From positions 38,688,001 through 38,752,000 of the forward strand of contig NC_045138.2 in NCBI RefSeq assembly GCF_008831285.2: a DNA stretch of 64,000 nt. Reading direction: 5' to 3'. The notes beneath the pieces were generated by a model, which worked only from the letters and a program-made list of their open reading frames with translations, was not told where the DNA came from and searched no databases. The position numbers were made by a program, and so were the translations under genes. This DNA is from Nymphaea colorata (Eukaryota). Positions 40,998 through 53,821 of the stretch are shown one piece after another (position 1 is the stretch's first letter; each line of letters begins with the position of its first letter).

Positions 40998-41180
40998 CAG
41001 GGGCGGAGCCAGGATTTTTTTTAGGGTTGGGCCAAGACTATTTGCAGGTCGGGCCAGGGTCGGGTTAAGAGGAGCGATCGGTCGGGCCAAACTAAAAAAA
41101 TTTGATTTTTTCAATATAATTTTTTTTTTTCCTGGGCTCACTCGGGCCATGGCCCGGGCAGGCCCCCCCTGCATCCACCA
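40998..41180. mobile_element. MITE-like element (GGGGCGGAGCC-type end, GGGCC-rich)
   Basis: It begins CAGGGGCGGAGCCAGGATTTTT and ends CCCCCCTGCATCCACC, a degenerate inverted end. Related ends occur at ~33870-33890 (AAATTTCTGGCTCGGCTCC) and ~54915-54937 (AATTTTTGGCTCCGCCACTG). Confidence 0.55.
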
Positions 41181-41927
41181 TAATTGATGGTTAAACTTTC
41201 ATGGGTCCGTCAATCCGACCAGCTACGCTACATCTTTTTACATCATATATTAGGATTTTGATGGTTTGGAACAAGAAATGTAAACAAAATTGGATGAAAC
41301 ATATCCAGTTTTGTGTGGAAAAGCACCTTTGTCCAAACAAAAAAAAAAAAAATCCAGTTTTCAACAGGATGAGGTAAGAAAAGCCTACCCCCATTCACGT
41401 AAGGAATCAAACAGACAGTTGCAGATGTCTAAAGGATCATTCTCTCTCTATATATGTCTCTCTTATCTTTATAACTTTAGAATGATAGTTTTCCCTTTGG
41501 GGTTGGCGTAGTTACCAGGAAATTGCTTAACTGGATTTCTTTTCCTTTTCTTTTTACAGGTAGGTGATGGTGAGTTGTGCACCTGTACCAGTCATCAAAG
41601 AAAGATAGAGAGAGAAAGATTATTATTATTGTTATTGTTATTGTTATCTAGTATGGTACTTAGTGTGATTTATTTATTTGAAGTGGAGAAGGGAAGGGAG
41701 AGCCAATGATAATCGAGCGATATCTAAGATTAAGAGAGAGAGAGAGGTGGGTAGGGGGGGAATCCAAAAAGAGGGGTCTGGTAGGAAGGAATCCAAGAGA
41801 GAGGTCTGGTTCTTATTTTAAAGACAATAGTCACCCCACATGATCCCCAAAACTAACGCCGCTATTTCAGGAGTTAGAACCCTTCTCTTTTTTCTCATTA
41901 AAAATTTAAAATCAGCCGATTGGGAAT

Positions 41928-42254
41928 GTTGCTGAATGCTGGGTATTAGAATGAACCACCGTAAATATGATAAACTATAATGAAAAATGCATAAACCATT
42001 GCTATACTATAAACTGTTACTTGTATTTTTGGGATGACAGTTTTAGCAGAGGTTTTTAAATATTTAGTCATCTGTCAATTCTTACACATATATCTATCGA
42101 TGATTTAATTCTGATGGATGCTGGATGACTAAAATTTAAAGATTGGTCGTTAAAAAATAATCACTACATTAACATCAGCAATGGTTTATGGTGTGATAGT
42201 AGCTGATCGTAGTATTACAGTGATGATTTTCTAAATTTTAACCATCCAGCAACT
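41928..42254. mobile_element. Degenerate foldback / long-TIR MITE
   Basis: Nested inverted pairs: GTTGCTG/CAGCAAC at the ends, TAAACCATTGCT (~41992)/AGCAATGGTTTA (~42177), and TTTAAATATTTAGTCATC/GATGACTAAAATTTAAA. Confidence 0.55.
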
Positions 42255-45006
42255 ATTGGCAGCATCGACTTTTTCCTGCAACTATGTTCGTTCCGAAATA
42301 ACTTGAGCTTCACTTTCAATGAACATGATTCTAGTTAGAGTAGCTCTAATACACGAATCAATCTTTGATAAAAATTGTTCTTCTGAAAAAGATCAAGAAC
42401 AAAGCCGGGTAACATGAAGCCAATGCTTCGAATTTACTGGAGGAGTAAGAAAGCTGTCGCAGGGCATGCAGCCAAAAGTGCCCATTTTGTCCGACAGATC
42501 TTGTTTTGGTCTCTTGCTGGTTCTTTTTTACTTTTCATCTTTGCATCTCTTTGAGGCAGTCTCTGCACAGAGGGCCCTCGTAACACCACCAACACTGATT
42601 CTCTATTTGTACTTTTCTGATCAGCCCACAGACTATAGCCCCATATGTTATATTGCTACCACTACATTAATTGCATCTGTACATATTTTCATAAGGGACT
42701 CTACAAATATAATGAGAAAAAGAAGATCAAATATCCAATTATATATAAATGAAAGCATTAGTTATATATGACATGTTTTTGAGAGATAGAGAGAGAGAGA
42801 GGTTTATATATGCTGATACTGAATTTAATAAAAAAAAAGATGTTGGTAGTTGAAGTATTGGTTGTTTGACCCAAGAAGTTAAAGATTTCTTTTAAAGGAT
42901 CTTCTAAGGAGAATCCAATTCCCTTTCCTTTTGTGTGGCATTTTGGATTGCAAGCGAGTCAAATGTAGAACAGTTAAGTTGGTGGGCAGTCAGATCAGGA
43001 AAAAGTAAAAGAATGGCAGAGATCTCACACCAGATCTAACTCATCCATGACTTTGGAGCATCACTCTCTGCACAAGCCAAAGCATGTAGAAGCCCTGAGG
43101 GTAAGGCTGCCGGCCGGGAAATTTTTCGCGCTTTCTCGCGTGACAAGAAAAATGAATAGAGAAAAATAAAAAGAAACCGCCAATAGGCTAAACATGTGTC
43201 CAACGAGGATAGGGCAACCGTAGCCGAACGCTTTCGTCTCGTGGAAAAAGAAAGCAACAACAGGAAAAGAAAAGAAAGGAAAAGAAGAAAGTGTCTTTTT
43301 TTTTTCTTGTTTAAGAAGCTTATCAAGCCTCACTTCCACAAACAGCTCAAAGTGCTTCCCCACCCACTCAAGTGTCTCTTTTATCTCCCTTTCCTTGGAA
43401 GCAGGCATGGCCTCACTGCTCGGCCCTCCCCAGCCTTTTTAACTAGACCTACAGTTTCAGATGGGATCCCTTCTCAGAGGCCCCTACCTGTCCCTAGATA
43501 GCCATTGGCCCAAGAACCAAAAGCCAAATCTGTAGGACTATAGGTGGTAACCAGGGAGACATTGTTGACAAGTTTTGGGGAGGTCATTTCATCATTGGAA
43601 AAGCATGGCCTCTTTTTTTTGTATATATCTTTTTGGTAGGTTACTTCATCATTGGAAAGGCTATATATATTATAAAGAAAAAATATAATTTATGAATTGA
43701 GTAATATAAGAACCATGTGTATTGATGATTAACCCTTCGATCAATTTGATTGATGATTTACAATGTGTTGCAGGTTGAGTTAAATATGGATAACTACTAG
43801 ACATTAATTTAAAAGAGTAATTTTACGTTGGTACCTTGTTAATCCTTAATTAGGTTGATTACCAAGCTATACAGTGCCTATATTTTATTTACTCCAGTTA
43901 TTTAATGTTCTCAGAGCCATTATCATAACTATCAAAAAACAAAAGACAAAAGAGATGCTTTATTTAGTGCTTTATGGACACGTCAAATAAACTAAACATA
44001 ATAGGAGAGGAAACCAAAATTTTTAAAAAATTGTCTACAGTCCTTAGACATCATATTATCATTCCTGAACCTAAAAAAAATTCTTCTTTCTGTAATATTT
44101 TAAACTATATACACTACCGGATGAGAAAATTGTCTATTGATCTATACATTAATGTGTTGTGTACTGTAGCTGCTTACGAATATATTTCGTTTCCTCTTCA
44201 AACTTATTTCACAAAATAAATGGTTTCGAGCTTCAGAGGTTAAACATCTCCCACGGGTTTGACTTCGCAACGTCCGAGAAAACTTAAGACTAGAAATCGA
44301 CGAGAGACAGATTAAGGACCTCGACGTCGTGAATTCTGACGGTTACAGAACCACGGATTTTCATGAGCAGAGAACCGATAGTGCCCAGATTCCTTAATTT
44401 GAAGAATTATTGCCACGACCTTTTTAAGGACAATCTGTTTAAGCATTTTTGCTGCCCGTTGGTCGCACAGGCATCTGAATTTTAAGATCTTTCCGATCTG
44501 TTTCTTGCTGTTCTTCTAAGTTAGACCAGAATTTGTGTCCATCCACGTAGAAGTTGCAATCAATGCTGAAGTTGGTGAAAAAGAAAAATGCATAAACAGC
44601 ATAATTTTGCAGGTGTCATGAAATTACGTGAATCTGAACAAACAGGTTAACAAGTATAGTGAGTAAATACAAAATTTTCAGATGTTTCGTTACATAGTTC
44701 GTCTGTCAAAATTCCACCAGGTTGCTGGTACCATTAACAACTTCATGTTAAATTGCTTGTAGAAGATTCCAAAAAAAAAAAAAAAAATGAAAGAAAAGAC
44801 ACTTATCACAGAAGCGTTTTTGCTTGTTGTTAAGAATATCCAAGCAGCAAAATAAAGCTGGTTTGTCCTACACGAGCTCATCATTGTTCTGTGGCAGTCT
44901 GTTCACCTTTCTTAAATCCACAGCAATCGAAATCGTTTGCTTCCTTCAAACATCCATGGCTGGTAGACCGTTCTTGAATTTGCAATGGAATTATTCAATG
45001 AGTGCT

Positions 45007-48000
45007 TCAGGTAGGGATGATCAAGTCTTTGTACTTGCGTCTCAGTTTCATCAGTCTCTGCTGAAGAGGCAGTCTTTCATCCTTCTTCCCTACTTTTCCA
45101 AGATAGAAAACAAGTTTCTTTAGTGTATTCATCACCTCTTCACTCTCGGTGCCAAATTCCTTCTCTTGGATATCCAACACCCGCCACAACGTGGAACCCA
45201 CCTCGTCATCTTTGCCTAATCTACTCCAGATACTGGCCAAACAATCAAGTACCTCCCCTGAACAAAGAAACAAAAGCATTTACAGACAAATAGACTATCA
45301 AGTACTATTTGGCATAAAATGGCATATAGAGAACAGCATATAAAAACAGTTAAAAAAGAAAAAAGGATAATATCAGAAGATCTACCAACTAGAAGGGATT
45401 GACGTCCATATGCCTCTTCTCGAATACTTAGAGCCTGCAAAGCAACAGTTTCTGCTTCCTCGTTCTTGTGCAAGTGGTACAATGCAACAGAGAGGTCCAA
45501 CATGGGAACAGCTACTGATGGATGGGCTACACCGACAGCATCCACCAATATCCTGATGCTGCTTCTGAGTAGTCTCTCGGCCTCCACAAAATTCTTGGAG
45601 CGTGAATAAGAGGCAGCAAGATTCAGAAGGTGCATTACAGAATTGGGATGGCCATGACCTTTAATCTTCTCTGTTGCTAGCAAGCACTCCTCCAAAATTG
45701 CCCGACCCTCTTGTTCACTGAAAAATAAAAGGAAACCATATAGGAGGAATATGGTTTTCATAAATGAACACTAAACTCGCACTCCTGCTCCTGCGTCCCT
45801 CGCTCACATGTGACCACAAGTCAAAGCGCACATAAAGTGATCCATACAGATGGACTTATAAGGAAATACTAGAGTCACGGTATTTCAGGTATTATCTATT
45901 AAAAAAGAGACTTCAGAAACTTCGGTAAATAGTATAACCTTAGATTGAAAGCATTGTGCTATACTCCTTTTTCCTAAACTGCCAGCCACTCAAATTAAAC
46001 CTATGTAGTTATTCCAAATAGTTGGGGCTCACAAATTTTGCTGAACTGTCCAAAGCCCAGATTGAGAGATATGTCTTAGAGGTTAACTCCACCCAAAAGA
46101 GCAAAAAATGATCTTCCATCCACAACTTTAGAAGAGCACTATCTAGAAAGTGTGTCTCCTGGAACCTATGTTCCAACAATTGTGTTACTCACGAGCAACA
46201 CACATTTTTTGTGCTGAAAAAGGTAGCAACCTGTTATCCATATTTTACACTTTCGCCATTTCTCATGTGCTTTTGTAAACTAAACAATATTTCCATCTAC
46301 AGTAATTAATGCTTGGGTTGGGGTAATATTTTCTGGACATAACTTTCCTGTGTTTGTTATGGGCTTCATGAGTCAGATACGCTCAGCAATTGATAACCCC
46401 CATGCAAAAAGCAGTGTTTATAGTAGTTCCATTGTGCTCTTACCAGAAAAACAAACAAGAATAAGCTAGTAAAAATGCACATTAAGATATACATTCCTCC
46501 ATATATCAACATATATCAAGAGCCAGTTCTTGCAATCTCCTCACTCAGAAGGATGAATATGATAGAAACTGGCTTTTACCTTCCAGCAACATGAAGCAAC
46601 TCAGCTAGGTCAATCATCATTTGCTCAAGCACACTGTCGTCTACAGACAAAAATTCAGTTTCTTTTATAATCCGAAGGCCCTTCTTGTATAGACGAATTG
46701 CTTCTTTTACATCTCCTGAAAAGGAAACATTGTGTTGAACATCACCATAAAAGGGAAGAGACAGAAAACAAATCAAACTTTTATTTTGTGTGAATGGGAT
46801 AAGGGAAATAAACTAATTATATAATTGTATGCAAAAAACTCTAAAAAATAACCTTTGCCACACATTGCATGAGCTAAAGAACACAGAGCCATTCCAGTTC
46901 TTCCATCATTTTCTCCATACAACTTTCTGTAAATGCTTATTATTCTACAGAAAAGAAAAAACTTATTATCTTGAAAAAAATGAAAAGCCAAAACATAAAT
47001 ATGAACACAATAAGGCAGAAAGCAGAACAGCAGTAGCTAATGAAAAAGGAATGGTCTACTCTGACAGAATACAACTAAAAAACATATCCGATTTTATCTT
47101 AAACTGAAACCTATTTCAGAAGAACAAATTGATGAGGCAATTAAAAGCATTACCATGGGTTACAAAGTTACAAACCATAGGGCCCAACATCATCTCAAGA
47201 TATTGTGCATTACAGGTCAAGTTGAACACAAAAATCATGCCATGTTGATGACATTTTCACTGCCACAATACGCAAGAGCTTGTAAAACTCATGTAATGGA
47301 GCTGGAAAAGTATTCAAGTGATGCTAGGAATATGCACAATTTGTTATTTCTTAAATACCCTTTATAAGTTTGAATCTTTTCAAAGCATGCCTTCCTCTTT
47401 CAACTCGACATGTGTTTCCATCAAGTTAAAAAGAAAGTAGTCCATAAATATGAAACACTGAAATACCCGATGCCCAACATTTCTGATAGAGTTGTCCCTC
47501 TAATATAGTGGTCCTTTGTTTCAACATGCTCAGCTTAAACTTATGGGCATGTGCAAGTCATTTCATGTAGGATTCTAACATTGGACAATCCACCACAATG
47601 TGCAGTTCTCCACTATATGCTTTAAGAATCGTCCAGGTTGTCATTCCAATTGCGGACTTAGATCTAATAAAAGTTCAACCAGTAACGGCGCATTTCTGCA
47701 GGAACATTGTTTCTCAAATATATGCTTTAAGAATCCCACAGGTTTTCACTCAAATTTCAGGAATTAAACCTAAATAAATTGAACCAGTATCCAACCTGTC
47801 CAGTGACAAAGAATTTTGAGGCAATCACTGGAACGACTGGCTGTACAGTGACACTTTGCATCAGAATTCTATAGAACACCAAATGCTGGTGAGAAGATGA
47901 TAAACAACTTGGTTTATTGGACCAGTTCCGACACTACATATTGCATTCAGGTTGAGACACAAGACTCATGTGATGAAAAAATTAGTGCAGACAGAGCTAT

Positions 48001-51000
48001 CATATTGCATACATGCTGTCTTAAGTCTCAATAAGTAGTGCCATCATCCAACTGGCATGCATTGCAAGTCACAAGGTTTATTGCACCTTGACTCAATAGG
48101 ACAACGAGAATCAATCACAAGTGGAGAATAATCTCAGATTAAAATGAGGTTGAGATGCAGTAGTGTTTGGTCATTGCACCTGTCATAAAGTATAGTTCAA
48201 TTACATCATTCAAATGATAAATGGCAGGAATAGATTCATATGGGGGAAGTTACACTAAGTCGTACATCAAATGGTACCTTCCCCTCCAGTACGAGCACAG
48301 TAATGCAGGTGGGGTCTCACCAAGTACTGTGAGGCCCACCAAGCGCTCAGCGGTTTTATGGCCGAGAAGTAGTACACACTTTTTTATCATTAGGTCCCAT
48401 CACTTGTGATAATATGTATGATAAGTATAACTCCTCGATAACATTTTTCAGATGAATCCCTATACCTGGAGAGGTCTGATTGTGTTTAATGTTTACATGT
48501 TCACATCTTTTTCCCATTCTAGATGTCAGTTATTTCTCATGCTAAAATGTGCAAAGACATATTCTAAGTAATAGACTTTGCATGCTTGGTCCACATCATA
48601 GAACATATCTGCACCTGTAACTGCTAAATGAAGCAGCGGAAATAAAAGAATGCAAAGTCTTCAATACCATAAATTTGGAAACACTATGTACTATTGTTTA
48701 TATGAAGAAAAAATAAAATGGACAAAAGGTTAATGTACTTGGCCATCTTGAAGATAGCCACGTGCAAGTCATGGACCAGAGAACAAATAAAGCAAATACC
48801 AAACAGACACATGCATACATACACATGCAGATGTAGATGCACATATACACATTGTAATCACATATAAAAGTGTCATTAACCTGCTAAAACAGTTCTCTGC
48901 TTCCTCAATCTTGCCTTCACTAACTAAAAGATTACCAAGACTGGACAAAGGGAAGACAAGGTCTTCATCATCACCACCTTTACTTCTTTCATATAAATGT
49001 ATCACTTCATGAAAGGTTTTGATCCCTTCCTTAGCCCTTCCGCTGGAAGCAAAGGCCCTTGCAATTCCCAGAAGTGGTGAGACAAGAAATAGACTTTGTT
49101 TTCCTACAAATGAGAAAGTTGCGGTTAAAAGTGATTACAGAAGCAAAAGGAAATATAATGAGATCACTCTAGGCCAATAAGCAAGCCAAGCAGCCTGTCG
49201 CTGACCCAATTTGGTCCCTGGCAATTCATCCAGGTTTAATTACAGTTGGTGACCAAAGCAATAAGCATTCCATTAAGCACAAAGCTTCAAACTAATCAAG
49301 AATGAATGAAGCATGTTCAGCTCGGATGTCACATTTGGGCCCTATATTTTACATGAATGTCGCAAAAGGACATACCATTACAACTTGTTAGAACAAGAGG
49401 CACGCAAGGAAGAGATCTAGTTTACAGAATACAGATACCACATTCTCACTTTTAAAAGTCAGAACTTTCTGGGTGACACATGCACCACAGGAGAAATGAA
49501 CAAGAGGTGGGCCAGTTGTGACAACTGAGTCCACTGAAGGTGTATTTGGTTCATTTGGCCCATTCGTCAGCCCTAGATTAAGTTAAGCAAAGTGATCTTC
49601 AGTCACCACCTCACCTTAGCTGGTTTTTTGAAGCAAGTTCATCAAAATATAAAGAGCAGTTGTATGTTCTAACTTCTAAGTAAAAACCTTCCAAAAATAA
49701 TAAAAATGGTCCAACACAAAAACTAGAGATTTTGAAAGTTTCAAGCCAGAACACGAGTAGCTGAACAGTAACCTTCTCTTTGAACTCTGCTACCACCAAA
49801 CAGTTCATGGGAAAATCTGATGACTTGTTTTAAGTTAAACAGCCAACAAAATGAGAGGACAGATATCAGAAAAGAGGAGATTTACATACCAAAAAGACAC
49901 TCTTCTATTTTCAGGGCTCTCTGATAGAGTGGTAATGCCATTTCTGGCATACCCATCTTTGCATACATGCCACCCATGTGTATCAGTATCGAATCCAAAG
50001 GCTGTTTCTCAATTTCTAAGGAGTCCACCATTTCATGTAACTGTAAATATGAGAATGTAGAACAATCAAGAACATCTTGAGCTGAATATGCTGATTGCAT
50101 TTGGGCATAAAACAATGAAACTTATTTACAAAAGACATATTGAAAACCAGAAACAGTTCCATCTAGTAGCGCTGCGAAGTGTAAATATATATAAACTGAC
50201 ATAATTCAAAATCTATCCAGTATGTTTGCCTCAATAATATATCATAGCAAGTAAAAGGGTTATACACATCTTGCATTTGAAGCATTTGACTTGGAACATA
50301 CAACTAGAATATAAAGCAGTCAATGCATTCAAACACAATATTTAATGGACAGAAAAGTAATAAATGGACCACCTGCTCCAGTACATGCATTGAAGTACTG
50401 AAATGCCCAATACCCATGTAGGCCAAAGCTATAACATCAAGAATAGCTGCTTGTTCGATACCTCGAACCCCTGAATCTAAATCTTCTTTTACTCTTTCAT
50501 GGTTTGCTTCAAGCAGCATTACTGCCACATCTTCATTACCCAATTCAAACTGCGTTTTGACTTCTTTGAAGAATGCATCCAACTGATCCTCCAACTCATG
50601 ATTGTCATCTATGTGACTATGCTCATGATCAAGACGCGGTGCGTACCTGTAAAGAGCAATCACAACAGTAGTTCATCAACTTTTGGTTCTTGTTAGTTGT
50701 TACTGCAGTAGCTCCAACTAGGTGCTGGACCAGTGGCAAGAAATGTAGGCACTCACAAGTAACCAGACATGCTTTAGCTAAACCGTGTATAGTATGAAGT
50801 ATGAACTGAAAGACAAGACAACCTTCTGCCAAATTATATGCTTGAAAGAAATTAAGAATAAGCTGACCCATATGACAAAAAAGAAAAAAGAAAAACTTTC
50901 ACCTCCAAAAAAGTGCATTTTAAAGTATTATAGCTGGAAAAATAACAGTAAGGTTCAGTTTTGGCTGCTATTGGAACAGCAAAACTGAATTTGAAGAACG

Positions 51001-52147
51001 CATGTATTTCTTATATTTTAGCTATTCTTATATATGTGAATTGAATTCGAGAGCAAGTATTCTTGTAGTGAGCTATTTCATCTTACCTTCATTTCCGTAT
51101 ATCTGTTCATGCACTAAATGCCAGTGACGTTAAATTGTTGTCACAACTGAACATACATTAATAAAAGGTCGAATTACTTTCTTGTGATTCTCCGCTAGCT
51201 GTTCCACTAATTCTTGTACTACTTTCCGTTCTTCTAGTGAACAGTAATTTTACTTTCTTCTTGGCCATTAACGTGAACATACACGCTCATCAAGCATTCC
51301 TCTTGCAAAACCAATCAGGATGTTACGTCATTAACTTACTGCATAGCCTACAATACAATCTTGTTTCAGATAGTTAATTTTAGGGCAACAGCCTACAAAA
51401 CCAATCAGGATGTTACGTCATTCCTCTTGCTCATCGTTTTTTAACCCACAGAATAATGTGTACCACACACAGGCAGCAACTTGAGTCCGAGAAGTGTCGG
51501 AGCTAGAGTTTTCCTTTTCTTATTTGATAGGGTGGCCAGGCTAATTGTCTGTTTCACTTAACCGATACGCATCGGTTTGGGTGCGAAAAATCGCCAAAAC
51601 AAAAGAACCAAAGGAAAGAGGAGACAAACAACGCATCTTAAGAATTAATAGGACAAGGACTGAGGAAGAAGAACAACTGGACGATGATTTCTCTATTCGA
51701 AAGGGAAAGGAAATAGAGAGAGAGAGAAACAACGGGTACCAATTTCCTCCTTCCCCTCGGGATTCTTCTGGAGACAATTTCGATAAAGGGCGCGTTGGAT
51801 GATTGGTCAGAACTCCCCTGAGCGACCCAACGATCATCTTCCTTCTCGTCGCAGACTGAATTCACCCAGACCAACGTAAAAAAAAAACGGGAAGCAAAGT
51901 CAGAAAGAAGAAATGGACGATTCCGAGCAAATGGTTACCTTGGAAGTGACAGGAAAAGCTCCAGAGCCACCGTTCCTAGGCCCTCCATGAACACCAATTT
52001 CATCACAGACCTTCCGAACGAAATTCTTAGAGAAGAATGGTAATGGCCAAAGAAGATAATTTCAAAGATAACCTTAGAAGCAAAGTGACTCACAGAAGAA
52101 ACCATGGAAGGATGAACGACGCCAATCACAGAAGCGAGAGCAGCCAT
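45007..52147 (-). CDS. WTG1: TPR protein with kinesin-light-chain/nephrocystin-3-like repeats, probably organelle-targeted; resembles Arabidopsis WHITE TO GREEN 1 (~555-571 aa)
   Basis: Core exons 50646-50373, 50040-49890, 49103-48881, 46944-46853, 46715-46580, 45717-45386, 45257-45007, all GT-AG and in phase. The 5' part is either 52147-52094 + 52025-51939 + 51855-51740, or a single exon 52147-51939. Motifs GIEQAAILDVIALAYM, IDLAELLHVAG, HLLNLAASYSRSKNFVEAERLLR and ALSIREEAYGRQSLLVGEVLDCL match my recollection of the At5g53080 family. The gene is secure; the symbol is less so. Confidence 0.85.
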
Positions 52148-53725
52148 TGCATCCACCACATCCCCTTCGCTTGTCCTCGTTTTAGTCTGCGACCATCTTC
52201 AAAAGGGCGGGCTCCCTCCTGAATAATCAAGACTACGGTCGGAAAATCGTCGTTCTCTTTCTTCGTTTTCCAAGTATTTTCCTTTTGTTTTCTTGGAAAG
52301 ATGACAAATAATTGTCCCATTTTCAAGTATGTCAATAGCAATCGAAACCTACGGAAAACTACAGATAATATTTTTATTCATAAAATAACCTAAAGACACC
52401 AGTTAAACTCGAATGTGCTCAAGGCTATCTTCGATAGCTTTAGATCGTTCGGCTCAAATCTTCATTAGCTGAAACTCGCAATTGAAGCAACTAACAAATT
52501 GTGAATTTCACAACTGCAGATTTCATATCCGCATTATACTAAAAAAGACGTGGATCTATAGTCGATGGAGGGAGGTCGGACAATGAATCAACGATTTCAA
52601 AATTCCCAAGATCTCTGGTAGCTTCGGATCTCATCTTAAACTATCAAACATAACCTTAAAAACCTTTTTATCTTATCTTATGTCTAAGTAAATATTTAAA
52701 AAGTAAACCGTGGAAAGCTTTTCATTTAAAAATTCTTTTACTAAGAATACATTTTCTCAAGCATTTTAATTGTTTCCACCGATGATTGTTGGTTTAGTAA
52801 TCGAGAAAATTATGTCAAACATATAAGGCTTGGCCATAACTAAATCCCACCTGCAAACTTCATCATTGCATGAAAAATTGTCAGTAGGTGACGATGCATG
52901 CATCAACTTTTCTTACTTGAAAGTGGATTGAATGTTACTAGACTAGGATCATGAGGGCTCCCTGCGTTTGGTATATGACCAGGGACGTAAACCAAATGAC
53001 AGAATCTAATTGCCAATTCTAGTTCGAAAACGTTCAGCAAAATTTAGTAAAGCAATCCAAATCTATTTACTAATCAGATTCAAGCTCCGCATGGAAAGAA
53101 TGTTAAAAACAAAAAAGAAATATGGTGCAGGGAATGATACAACCTGATTTATGAAGAACTCATGAGGCAATGTGAACGCAAGAACATTTTGAAAAACTTT
53201 TATGTGTCCAACTGAAAGTACTCACGATTCGGATACAAAAGATGGAATGCATAACCTAATACGTACAATAACAACAACAACAACAAGGAGAGGATAAAGA
53301 ATAAAGCAAAGCATATCATTAACTACTTGTCTACGCTAATATTTTAGGTTTATACTTTTATTTTATAGGGAGAATCCTTTGTTTTATCATTCTAACTATC
53401 TTGGTCATTTACAGTCCCTAACACGCAGACCTGTGTTAAGCCTGAATGTTAATTTAGTTAAGGTGAATTAAGCAAAGCTCAATTAGATCCAAATTTAGAC
53501 CACCAACATGTAGACGGCAGAATAAAAGGAAAGCAAAGAAAAGAGAAGTTTAAAAGGAAGAGAGGTGTGTTTTTCTTATTCTTTTGGCTTCTAGCTTAGG
53601 TCAAAAGAGAAGGCACGCGGTTTTAGAGGATAAGATCTTTATATTCACGAAGATCATCCCCTCTCATTCTTTATTACATAAGAAAGAAAACATTCATATC
53701 GGCCCTACTTTCTTTGGAAAACGAC

Positions 53726-53729
53726 CCCT

Positions 53730-53775
<46 letters not shown>

Positions 53776-53821
53776 TATATATATATATATAAAATATATG
53801 GAGAGAGTATATATATATATA
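53726..53821. repeat. Compound C-run/(CT)n/(AT)n microsatellite
   Basis: Directly visible. Confidence 0.9.

Noticed and set aside
42905..42960. TTTGGATTG with an upstream AATCCAA, reminiscent of a miR159 hairpin
   Set aside because: Only about 9 nt match, the rest of the mature sequence is absent, and the stem is far too short.
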